Shown here: positions 54,959-62,790 of the stretch, piece after piece
How positions within the stretch are numbered: the stretch's first letter is position 1
Layout of the letters: each line of letters begins with the position of its first letter
IMG/VR virus record: IMGVR_UViG_3300041411_000080
Span: 256,859-320,858 of that record
Reading direction: 5' to 3' (one strand)
Length of the DNA: 64,000 nucleotides
Position numbers and translations under genes: made by a program
The notes under the pieces: generated by a model
What the model saw: the letters and a program-made list of their open reading frames with translations, nothing else
What the model was told of the DNA's origin: nothing
Database searches by the model: none

Positions 54959-55479
54959 TGTCAGCCCTAAACCTTATCAAACGCTATACCGCCAAAGCTG
55001 CGGGTATCATTGTAGACCGTCACGCTCCAGCACCAACTGGGAAGCTCACAGAGGACCCACAAGGCGAATGGATGAAGTGGAACGACCTCGCTATCCTTTA
55101 CAACAAAGGCATCCTGATCGAGAAGACAGAGGCCTTGGATGATCTGGTAGCTGATGGGCATGCTCAACGTGCTTTCATCCGTGATGCTACTGCAATAGGT
55201 TATACTGACTTCGATGAGATCATGCGTGTCCTTAAAGAATGTCGTGATCATGTTTTGGTTGAACGTGAGTTTGAGATCTGGTCTGTCGGTTACCGGGATA
55301 ATGGTAACCATACGCCACCTTTCTTGCTGGGTAAAGCTAAAGCCATGAGTTTCAACGAAGCATGCGTCAAACTAAAAGCTGAACTGGGCCCACAAAAGAC
55401 TGATGATTGGAAAGTGGATCAGTACGGACGGCACAGCGATTGGTGCGGTTACCTCAGAGCATCTGAGAAGCTCAACTAG
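54958..55479 (+). CDS. hypothetical protein
   Basis: 173 aa; TAATG coupling. Confidence 0.7.
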   Translation: MSALNLIKRYTAKAAGIIVDRHAPAPTGKLTEDPQGEWMKWNDLAILYNKGILIEKTEALDDLVADGHAQRAFIRDATAIGYTDFDEIMRVLKECRDHVLVEREFEIWSVGYRDNGNHTPPFLLGKAKAMSFNEACVKLKAELGPQKTDDWKVDQYGRHSDWCGYLRASEKLN

Positions 55480-55558
55480 CCCTGTGATAAAATACCCAGT
55501 CACATCATCTAATGAAGTCGGGTGAGACACACTACGACACTTCTAAAGAGAAATCAAA

Positions 55559-56176
55559 ATGCACGTAAATGAAGGCGATATCGCCAAGTACATACAAGAA
55601 CACGATGACCTGTACACCTGCACCATCGACGGTAAGAAACAAGTACTGGTTGCTAAAGACAGTCACACGCTGGTCGTGAAAGACATTGAAGGCTACTTCA
55701 TGTCGTTCGATTCGAATAAGGCACTGTTTGTTACAACTATGACTGGGGGAACGGTTCAAGTTGAAGTAGATGCAGTTTTCCCGTCTGAGTTGATAAAGGC
55801 TATTAAAGACGAAGCACTAGATAAAGCTATCCGTCATAGCCTCGAACGACTGCTCCCAGCTGCGGAAGAGATGATCAAGCATTACACTGCATTCGATAAG
55901 GCTCTACCCATAGCTCGCATGAAGACATATCTCCGTGTGTATGTCCTTAAAGATGCCGACTTCAGTCAAGCAGGTAAAGGTTCTGTGGTGATCTGTCCCA
56001 CTGACAATGATCCGACAGGTCAGGATCGTGACATCATTAAAGGGTACGTTTACTGTAGCGAACATGACAGCATCAAGTTCGAGACCGTTCAAGCTTGGCG
56101 CTATCGTCGGGTAAGCGCAAGTAGTATCTTCACTTGTAAGTACGATACGAGCTGGATCTCATTGATGTCAGCGTAA
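55559..56176 (+). CDS. hypothetical protein
   Basis: 205 aa. Confidence 0.75.
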   Translation: MHVNEGDIAKYIQEHDDLYTCTIDGKKQVLVAKDSHTLVVKDIEGYFMSFDSNKALFVTTMTGGTVQVEVDAVFPSELIKAIKDEALDKAIRHSLERLLPAAEEMIKHYTAFDKALPIARMKTYLRVYVLKDADFSQAGKGSVVICPTDNDPTGQDRDIIKGYVYCSEHDSIKFETVQAWRYRRVSASSIFTCKYDTSWISLMSA

Positions 56177-56178
56177 TA

Positions 56179-56201
56179 ATACTCGTTGGTAGATAGTATG
56201 T
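56179..56201 (+). promoter_or_regulatory. ATACT-N9-ATAGTATG promoter-like element
   Basis: Same signature as the tRNA-cluster promoter. Confidence 0.6.
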
Positions 56202-56460
56202 AAGACTAACAGTCTCACTCGTCCAACTACCTGCCCCTAATCCCCTCAGACTAGGGCCACAGACTGTAGGTAGTTGTGATTAAAAGTATCCCGTGACGCT
56301 CTCTGACAAGTCGGAATAAGAGAGTATCAGGAAAGTCGAAGGCCCGCACCCCTAATAGGCTGAACATCTGACGACTCAGGTACTAGGTCCGTCCGCTCAA
56401 CGTGCAGAGCACCCTTCCCCAAGGTATCATGGGCTGAAGCGAAACAGTAAACTCGTCCTT
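56200..56460 (+). ncRNA. unknown structured ncRNA of about 260 nt
   Basis: No + strand ORF of 60 aa or more; multiple stems; bounded by a promoter signature and a UUCG terminator. Confidence 0.6.
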
Positions 56461-56490
56461 TAGACCCTACCTTCGGGTAGGGTTCTATTC
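56461..56490 (+). terminator. terminator
   Basis: ACCCTACC-UUCG-GGTAGGGT. Confidence 0.8.
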
Positions 56491-56513
56491 CGCAAAATGA
56501 GAAGATTACAAAT

Positions 56514-56774
56514 ATGCAAAATGTCAAAGATCGAGTGGATGAATTAATCACTCTATACACTGGACCTGAGTTCAAAGGTTGCACGGCTGCCGCACGTGGG
56601 TATCATCTGGTACGAGCATTGGACTACGAAGTCTACTGCCAACTGTTCTCACCTTGGAAACCTACAATCGACTACAAACAAGCAGGTCCCCATGAAATCA
56701 CAGTAACCATAACCGGTTATTCTCCACAGGCTTGGTCTATCAATATTAAGGACTCAGACAATGAGAAAACTTGA
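56514..56774 (+). CDS. hypothetical protein
   Basis: 86 aa. Confidence 0.65.
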   Translation: MQNVKDRVDELITLYTGPEFKGCTAAARGYHLVRALDYEVYCQLFSPWKPTIDYKQAGPHEITVTITGYSPQAWSINIKDSDNEKT

Positions 56775-57168
56775 GGTAATGCGTAACAACATCCAACGCT
56801 TTAAAGCTCAACGCGAACAAAGATTAACTGATGAAAAACCGATCCATCCAGAAATTCTATCACGCCCTATAGGCGAGGATTATTCACTAAGTGATCGAGT
56901 ATTAGCCCCACCATATAACCTGATCTATTGCTACTATAGTAACACCCATGAGTTCGCCAAGCAACATATCCTAGGGGATAGTAGTCTTACACGAGAACAA
57001 CAGCGTGATATGTTAGAAGAACACTTACTGGGTCTTTGGAAAGCACAAAAGACGAGCGAGGCGTTGGGGTGCTCAAATAGATATAGTGATTGGAAACCAT
57101 CTGTTAAATGTGGAATGGCTGGACTCGAAATTTATCTAAATCGTACGCTAGTGATGTCACTGAGCTGA
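56761..57168 (+). CDS. hypothetical protein
   Basis: 135 aa; AAGGA SD. Confidence 0.7.
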   Translation: MRKLEVMRNNIQRFKAQREQRLTDEKPIHPEILSRPIGEDYSLSDRVLAPPYNLIYCYYSNTHEFAKQHILGDSSLTREQQRDMLEEHLLGLWKAQKTSEALGCSNRYSDWKPSVKCGMAGLEIYLNRTLVMSLS

Positions 57169-57187
57169 AAAAAAAATAAGGCATATA

Positions 57188-57217
57188 CCAGCTCCCGAAG
57201 GAGCTGGCTTTATGTCG
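57188..57217. terminator. bidirectional terminator
   Basis: CCAGCTCC-cgaa-GGAGCTGG then CTTTATGTCG. Confidence 0.85.
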
Positions 57218-57742
57218 TCATTTGACAATATGCTTCACCTTCAGAACCTTTACGGTCTTACCGACTGACTGGTCACATTTAGTACCAGCGTACAGCTGAT
57301 AATACTCACGATCAGAGAAGTCAGGGAACTGACGTTGCATCCATTCGTAGGAGGCTTCTTTAGGCCACTCACGCATGTTTGCAAGAGCATCTGGATCAAC
57401 TACCATGTGGTAGGCAACCCAACCGGCACGGTCACCCGGATTAGCCAAAGCGGCTTCGGACAACTTCACGCTGATCTCAGTATCATCAGCACCTTTGTCC
57501 ATCATGCCTTTAATGAAGCCGGCAGTCTGGGTTACAGCATCGCAAACTTCCGGGGTGATCTTAGCATCCTTCTTAGGAAGCTTATACAACACCTCGTAAC
57601 GATCATTAAGCATTTCGTTACCGAAGGCAGGTCGTGACATTGTCATGGAGAAAGCCATGATAAAGCAGAACACACCAACAGCTAACATTACGCCAAAGAA
57701 AGCGTAGCCTACAGTTTCAACATTATTGCGTCGGGACATCAT
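57218..57742 (-). CDS. membrane-anchored or periplasmic early protein
   Basis: N-terminal TM segment, two downstream Cys; monocistronic behind an early promoter. Confidence 0.75.
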   Translation of the reverse strand: MMSRRNNVETVGYAFFGVMLAVGVFCFIMAFSMTMSRPAFGNEMLNDRYEVLYKLPKKDAKITPEVCDAVTQTAGFIKGMMDKGADDTEISVKLSEAALANPGDRAGWVAYHMVVDPDALANMREWPKEASYEWMQRQFPDFSDREYYQLYAGTKCDQSVGKTVKVLKVKHIVK

Positions 57743-57774
57743 GAAATTCCTTTTTGAGGTTAATATTCACATGT

Positions 57775-57801
57775 GTAATATAGGGCTCAAAAGGCTTACA
57801 A
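57775..57801 (-). promoter_or_regulatory. phiKZ-type early promoter
   Basis: TTGTAAGCCTTTTGAGCCC-TATATTAC. Confidence 0.72.
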
Positions 57802-57850
57802 TAAATACTAGCGAGGTAGATAGTGTAGACAACAACTACACGAGGTTCTT

Positions 57851-58504
57851 ATGCACTGTCCAGACTTCATCACCCATATGCATGTCAAAAGTCGCTTTAA
57901 TGACCAAGTCGATGATTGGGTTAAAACTATATCCGATGCTATTTCATTAGTGGTTAAACGTAACCTGTCGGCTACCCGTAATCAACTCATTAACATCGTC
58001 AAAGCTGATTTGAATTACCAGTTCGAATCGCAGACTATCCCACCGTCTATCTGGGTGAGTGACAAAGGTGAGCGGCATATCAATATCATCGTTACGCTGT
58101 TTGATATCGGTAAGATGAAGTTTAAGGTAATCGTACCTTCACTGCGTACACCTGAAGAGATTCAAAAGAAAGCACGCTATGACCTAGGTTGCCTGATTGG
58201 TGATCTATCGCAAGACGTTTACGAGTGCAGCTATAATGACTTCGACGTATACGTTGGATGGAAAAGCAAGACACTCAATTCCTATTGGTCAGGGATGTCT
58301 GAATCCTTTAAGGACAATCTTCGTACACCGCACAACCGTCAGCTGTTCATCGAGTATTGCAATAAACCCGGCTGGGACTGGGAAGCACTGCTTGATGGAC
58401 TTTACGAGAAAGCTCAAGGCTGGCCTACTGATTGGCTAGACTCCTACAAAACACCGGATGAACTTTCAACCTTACCCTATTACCAGTATACAGAGGCAGC
58501 ATAA
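57851..58504 (+). CDS. hypothetical protein
   Basis: 217 aa; GAGG SD; coupled to the radical SAM gene. Confidence 0.75.
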   Translation: MHCPDFITHMHVKSRFNDQVDDWVKTISDAISLVVKRNLSATRNQLINIVKADLNYQFESQTIPPSIWVSDKGERHINIIVTLFDIGKMKFKVIVPSLRTPEEIQKKARYDLGCLIGDLSQDVYECSYNDFDVYVGWKSKTLNSYWSGMSESFKDNLRTPHNRQLFIEYCNKPGWDWEALLDGLYEKAQGWPTDWLDSYKTPDELSTLPYYQYTEAA

Positions 58505-59409
58505 TGACTCAGTTGATCTTCAAAGAGCACCATTCGCAATTAGACCGATCAGTTAACTTCGAACATGTCTTTGAAGATCATAAGGGGCGATTGGAGGCAC
58601 GTTACGTACAAAGGGTAGACGATTACTTTATCGTGTATCTTTCGTCTCAGACGGGATGTAAGCAGGCTTGCCGGATGTGCTGGTTGACAGCAACTGGTCA
58701 AACCGATTCACGTGATGTGACAGTACAGGAATACTTCGAACAAGCTGAGCGTGTATTCGATCATTATATCGACATGATCCGTAATAACCGGAGTGGTAGT
58801 GCTGCTACTAAAGTACACTTTAACTTCATGGCTCGTGGTGAGCCTTTGGCAAATAAACATTTCGTTGAAAATGCTGACGAGATCTTACGGGGTCTTAAGC
58901 GTATGGCCGAACAATGGGGTCTAGAAGCTAAGTTCCTGATCTCCACAATAATGCCTAAAGAGTTTGATACATACGAACTAACGGATGTGTTCAAAGATCC
59001 AAGTGTAAGACCTGAGATCTATTACTCACTGTATTCAACCAATCCTCGCTTCCGTAAGAAATGGTTACCTAAAGCAATTGACCCCGGCATTGCTCTTACG
59101 TTACTCACTCGCTGGAACCGCTCAACGGGCAAAGTTCCAAAGATCCATTACGCTTTCATTGAAAACGAAAACGATACACTGCACGATGTGAAAGAAATCA
59201 TCGATCTGATCGATCATTACGGATTAGACGTTAACTGGAACATCGTTCGCTACAATCCTCCAACCGGGCACTGGTCACGTGAACCATCTGAGAAACAGAT
59301 TGATTATCTATACCAGTACATCCAGAAGCGCTTGCCTGAAGCACGCGTTAAACTAATCCCACGTGTCGGTACAGATGTGCAGGCTTCTTGTGGGACATTC
59401 CTTAAATAG
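58504..59409 (+). CDS. RlmN/Cfr-like radical SAM enzyme
   Basis: SSQTGCKQACRMC (CxxxCxxC), MARGEP (cf. MGMGEP), IST, SLY, NEND, YNP, DVQASCG (cf. DIDAACG). Confidence 0.85.
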   Translation: MTQLIFKEHHSQLDRSVNFEHVFEDHKGRLEARYVQRVDDYFIVYLSSQTGCKQACRMCWLTATGQTDSRDVTVQEYFEQAERVFDHYIDMIRNNRSGSAATKVHFNFMARGEPLANKHFVENADEILRGLKRMAEQWGLEAKFLISTIMPKEFDTYELTDVFKDPSVRPEIYYSLYSTNPRFRKKWLPKAIDPGIALTLLTRWNRSTGKVPKIHYAFIENENDTLHDVKEIIDLIDHYGLDVNWNIVRYNPPTGHWSREPSEKQIDYLYQYIQKRLPEARVKLIPRVGTDVQASCGTFLK

Positions 59410-59416
59410 GTGTAAC

Positions 59417-59791
59417 ATGAAACTCCCGCAATTCAAAATAGAGAAACTCGTAAACAAACCCGGTAATGAAATGTGGCGCATCGGTGGAGGCTTCCATGCT
59501 TACCGTGGCTACTTCCGTATCGACATAGGTACTGTGGGTTATCGCATTACTCGTGACTTCGATTACACTGCTGATTTTAATCGTCTGTATAACCAGCTTA
59601 CTGATGAGAACCAGAACACCGTGATGCGCCATATGGATACCCTGATGGCAGAAGCCCGTGAGAACCCAAGTATCGAAACCATAGATATTTGCCGTGGCGG
59701 TAACTGCATCGTTCGTGAACGTGTTGACTTGTGGCAGAAGATGTGGGCACGCACTCGTGAACTGCTCCGCGCCCAGAGGACTATGAAATGA
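59417..59791 (+). CDS. hypothetical protein
   Basis: Start refined to MKLPQF after AGGTG. Confidence 0.7.
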   Translation: MKLPQFKIEKLVNKPGNEMWRIGGGFHAYRGYFRIDIGTVGYRITRDFDYTADFNRLYNQLTDENQNTVMRHMDTLMAEARENPSIETIDICRGGNCIVRERVDLWQKMWARTRELLRAQRTMK

Positions 59792-60093
59792 GTGTACCTT
59801 TCGATGAGATCAAAAACGCTGTAGGGTCAGATCCTAGCTATGCATGGAGTTGGCACTGTAACTTGGCAATGTCGGCTTTAGATGCATCTAAGGGGACGAT
59901 TGACCATACCACAGCTAACGTTATCGCTGCTGGTCAAATGCGACATCTGTTCCAGTACGATATCACCGTACTGCAAGAGTATAAAGATGTAGTTGCGTCA
60001 GGTGATGCTATGGCTTTGGATGATGACGATCCAGATCAAGAGTCTACGTTGCAACTGATCCTCAATCTCTTGCGTAAGATCGCAAAAAAATAA
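59788..60093 (+). CDS. hypothetical protein
   Basis: 101 aa; YAWSWHCNLAM motif; ATGA coupling. Confidence 0.7.
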   Translation: MSVPFDEIKNAVGSDPSYAWSWHCNLAMSALDASKGTIDHTTANVIAAGQMRHLFQYDITVLQEYKDVVASGDAMALDDDDPDQESTLQLILNLLRKIAKK

Positions 60094-60094
60094 A

Positions 60095-60132
60095 GCATAA
60101 GACCCCTCCCGTTAAGGAGGGGCTTTATGCCG
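60095..60132. terminator. bidirectional terminator
   Basis: CCCCTCC-cgttaa-GGAGGGG then CTTTATGCCG. Confidence 0.85.
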
Positions 60133-60134
60133 TC

Positions 60135-60476
60135 TTATCGTGAACGCAGCTTCTTTAGATCGTACGCTGTTATCTCAACAGCCTCGATAGTCTTTCGACC
60201 TTCTTTCAAAGCCTTGTATGCACGATGAAACCCATCAAGTGTTTTGAGCGTACCATCTGCATCTCGAGTCACAATGATAGGGAAACCATCGATGACTATA
60301 TTAGCTAATCGTTTCTTACTAATACGGTCATGTGGATACTGCCAACGGAGTTCTTCTAGATCAACCGTTATTACAGGTTTATCCTTGGCATACTCTATTA
60401 GTTCATCCACAGTATAGCTCCCATGAGCCTCCTGAGCGATCGATTTGCAGAACTGCATGAGGTTTACTCGTGCCAT
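60135..60476 (-). CDS. stand-alone ParB/Srx N-terminal-like domain protein
   Basis: PIIV......LDGFHRAYKA. Confidence 0.7.
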   Translation of the reverse strand: MARVNLMQFCKSIAQEAHGSYTVDELIEYAKDKPVITVDLEELRWQYPHDRISKKRLANIVIDGFPIIVTRDADGTLKTLDGFHRAYKALKEGRKTIEAVEITAYDLKKLRSR

Positions 60477-60478
60477 TG

Positions 60479-60898
60479 TTATCGCACTCCTGGGCGACGC
60501 TTAGAACTCTGACGAGACTCTACGGTAACCACCGGGGTAGTCGCCTGTTTGAGGAACTCGACCTTTTCCTGCAAAGCCAATTTCTGGTCAGCAGACAAGA
60601 TCAAATGCTCGTCAGGTGGAATGCCCTTTTGACCGTTACATTGCCAGTCGTAATCTCTCGGATGACATACGCCATCAGGATGTCCTAAGCGAACTACTGG
60701 CTTGATACCAGTGTCGCCTAGACGCGGTACAGCCTTCCCGTGAGCAATGATGATATCTGCTTCATCAATGGCTTCTGGATCGTCTGTAACGCTCACACCC
60801 AGATCTTCTACGAACTGGGTGATATCGTTGTAGTACTCTAAGGCTAAGTCAGTCTTGACGAACCTTGGACCACCTTTAAGCAACACGGCTCTCAACAT
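60479..60898 (-). CDS. hypothetical protein (small alpha/beta fold)
   Basis: 139 aa; AGGAG SD; ADIIIAHG. Confidence 0.7.
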   Translation of the reverse strand: MLRAVLLKGGPRFVKTDLALEYYNDITQFVEDLGVSVTDDPEAIDEADIIIAHGKAVPRLGDTGIKPVVRLGHPDGVCHPRDYDWQCNGQKGIPPDEHLILSADQKLALQEKVEFLKQATTPVVTVESRQSSKRRPGVR

Positions 60899-61385
60899 GA
60901 CCGTCTCCTATATTAGTTTCATAGGATTGGGTCACTTTGGCCGCGAGCGCTTTCCACCAGACACTGGCTTCAGCACGATTGCGGAACCGTGGGGAACGGA
61001 ACATCACCGTGATATGAGAGATCTTACCAGAAATCTCGATCTCACGTGGTAAGGACTTCGAACGGATTTCAATGGTTGGTTGGGAAGCCCGAGAAGTAAT
61101 GTCACGTACAGTCGACAACTCCGAGAGCAGATCGTTCATCATAAACGGATTGTCGCAGATGAACTGAATGAAGCCATTAGATACGTCTTCACCGATACCA
61201 CTGTGAGACATAGCTACAACCGAACCCAGATTGCGGTTCCAGATATAGTTAACGAAGGTCAACATATCGGTGTTGTACTTGTCCCAACGCCCACCATCTT
61301 GCTTAGTGGCGAAGTGATCGTACAAAGCTTCATGTGACAGGTTCTTGCAGTTTACAGCTACGGAGGGAAGTGTTGGCAGACCCAT
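60876..61385 (-). CDS. hypothetical protein, paralog of 61387..61872
   Basis: Shares G[FY]I.[FW]I and R...F.N......WWK.L. Confidence 0.7.
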   Translation of the reverse strand: MGLPTLPSVAVNCKNLSHEALYDHFATKQDGGRWDKYNTDMLTFVNYIWNRNLGSVVAMSHSGIGEDVSNGFIQFICDNPFMMNDLLSELSTVRDITSRASQPTIEIRSKSLPREIEISGKISHITVMFRSPRFRNRAEASVWWKALAAKVTQSYETNIGDGHVESRVA

Positions 61386-61386
61386 A

Positions 61387-61872
61387 TCAAAATCCTTTTG
61401 TGTGATTAGTAACAGTGGTGATAGCGTCCAGTAGATCTTTCCACCAGCGAGCTTTAATGCGTTCGTTATGGAATGCCATCGTCCGAAGAGTCAGAGAGTG
61501 CATACCCATGGTGTCGTAAGTGTTGGTATCGTGATACAGTGGGTTAGCATCCACATCAAACATCAGATGGGCCTTCTCGTTGTGCAGTCGCATCCAAGTC
61601 TGTGCTTGGTTCAGGATCGCTAAGAAAGCAATGTGGGTAGCAGCATCCTTAAAGATCCAGGTGATGTAACCCTTGTTAAGATTGCGGTCAGGATGACCTT
61701 CACAACTGAATACACTCACAGCACCGTGATTCACCATCGCGTACTTGATGACCGGCATGATCAGTGGATCGACGTCCTCGCCTTGCCCATGGACCGTATC
61801 GATCAGTTCATTGTACTTACGCTCAAAGAAAGCAGCGTGACCGTCACTACCATATCCCCAGAAACCACTCAT
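61387..61872 (-). CDS. hypothetical protein with SCEGH motif
   Basis: VDPLIMPV...SVFSCEGH, weakly reminiscent of TYW3-like folds. Confidence 0.7.
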   Translation of the reverse strand: MSGFWGYGSDGHAAFFERKYNELIDTVHGQGEDVDPLIMPVIKYAMVNHGAVSVFSCEGHPDRNLNKGYITWIFKDAATHIAFLAILNQAQTWMRLHNEKAHLMFDVDANPLYHDTNTYDTMGMHSLTLRTMAFHNERIKARWWKDLLDAITTVTNHTKGF

Positions 61873-62018
61873 ACCGAAACTCCTTTGACCAATTCCATTA
61901 ATAGAAACGACATAGAACCACCGAGCACCAACCCGATGGTAAGATTGAATACTGCTTGCTTCTGACGCTTTGTACGAGCCCGTTTAGCACGGGTTAATGG
62001 ATCATCAAACCCCAACAT
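61869..62018 (-). CDS. 49 aa basic single-TM protein
   Basis: Manual translation MLGFDDPLTRAKRAR...; AAGGAG SD; ATGA overlap. Confidence 0.6.
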   Translation of the reverse strand: MLGFDDPLTRAKRARTKRQKQAVFNLTIGLVLGGSMSFLLMELVKGVSV

Positions 62019-62039
62019 CGTTTTACTCCTTATTATTGC

Positions 62040-62537
62040 TTAGAACCAACCAGAGACCTTCCACGAACGTGGATACTTCTCCCAGTTGACTTTAAAACCT
62101 TTTATACTCAACCAGTCTGCCTGAGCGTTATTAAGGCAGTATTGATTATCTGGATTTGGTTCGTCATCTAGATCTCGGAATTCAACTTCGGATTCCTTTG
62201 CAGCGATGGCTTCATTAATACGTGCCAACTGTCCCTTCATCGTCCCGTCATTGATCAGCATATCGCGGATCTCTTGACAGTGATTCAGGTCGTCAAAGAA
62301 ATCGGCGAATGTAGCAAACGCGAGTGAGACAAAGCGGTACTCTTTATCGGGGTAGATACACACGACGTAAGGGTACGTACTAGGTTCATCATTAACGCCG
62401 CGAACGCTGGCCTTGGAACCGAGTTCTTCTTTTTCGATGACCAGATCAATAACCGACTGTAGCTCACCTTCGCTTTCAATCCGAAAGCGATACATGTCTG
62501 ATGAGCCGATAGCTTCATTACGTACTAACTCTTTCAT
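62040..62537 (-). CDS. hypothetical protein
   Basis: 165 aa; AAGGA SD. Confidence 0.75.
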   Translation of the reverse strand: MKELVRNEAIGSSDMYRFRIESEGELQSVIDLVIEKEELGSKASVRGVNDEPSTYPYVVCIYPDKEYRFVSLAFATFADFFDDLNHCQEIRDMLINDGTMKGQLARINEAIAAKESEVEFRDLDDEPNPDNQYCLNNAQADWLSIKGFKVNWEKYPRSWKVSGWF

Positions 62538-62546
62538 AGCAAGTCC

Positions 62547-62741
62547 TTAGTCGATATAGTAACGGTAAGCCAGTCGGTCCACAGTGGTGATAAACCCAAT
62601 ACCGGGTTGACCTTCAGTTTGAGACATGTTGAATCTGGCGATGCCTACCAGACGTAACTGTACTGGATGACGCCGGTAATTTTGGAAGAGCGGGTTCCTT
62701 ACCGTACGGTAAAGCTTTTCGAGTTCATCTTGCAATGTCAT
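62547..62741 (-). CDS. hypothetical protein
   Basis: 64 aa; AAGGAG SD. Confidence 0.7.
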   Translation of the reverse strand: MTLQDELEKLYRTVRNPLFQNYRRHPVQLRLVGIARFNMSQTEGQPGIGFITTVDRLAYRYYID

Positions 62742-62756
62742 ACTTGCTCCTTAAGA

Positions 62757-62790
62757 CGAAATAAAGCCCCCGCCAGATGGCAGGGGGCTT
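62757..62790 (-). terminator. terminator of the large ncRNA
   Basis: AAGCCCCC.GCCA/TGGCGGGGGCTT followed by TATTTCG on the minus strand. Confidence 0.8.

Noticed and set aside
6198-56482. Recurrent 18-bp palindromic sequences as a CRISPR array or MITE
   Set aside because: They are dispersed single copies at gene ends with no regular spacers or target-site duplications, consistent with terminators.
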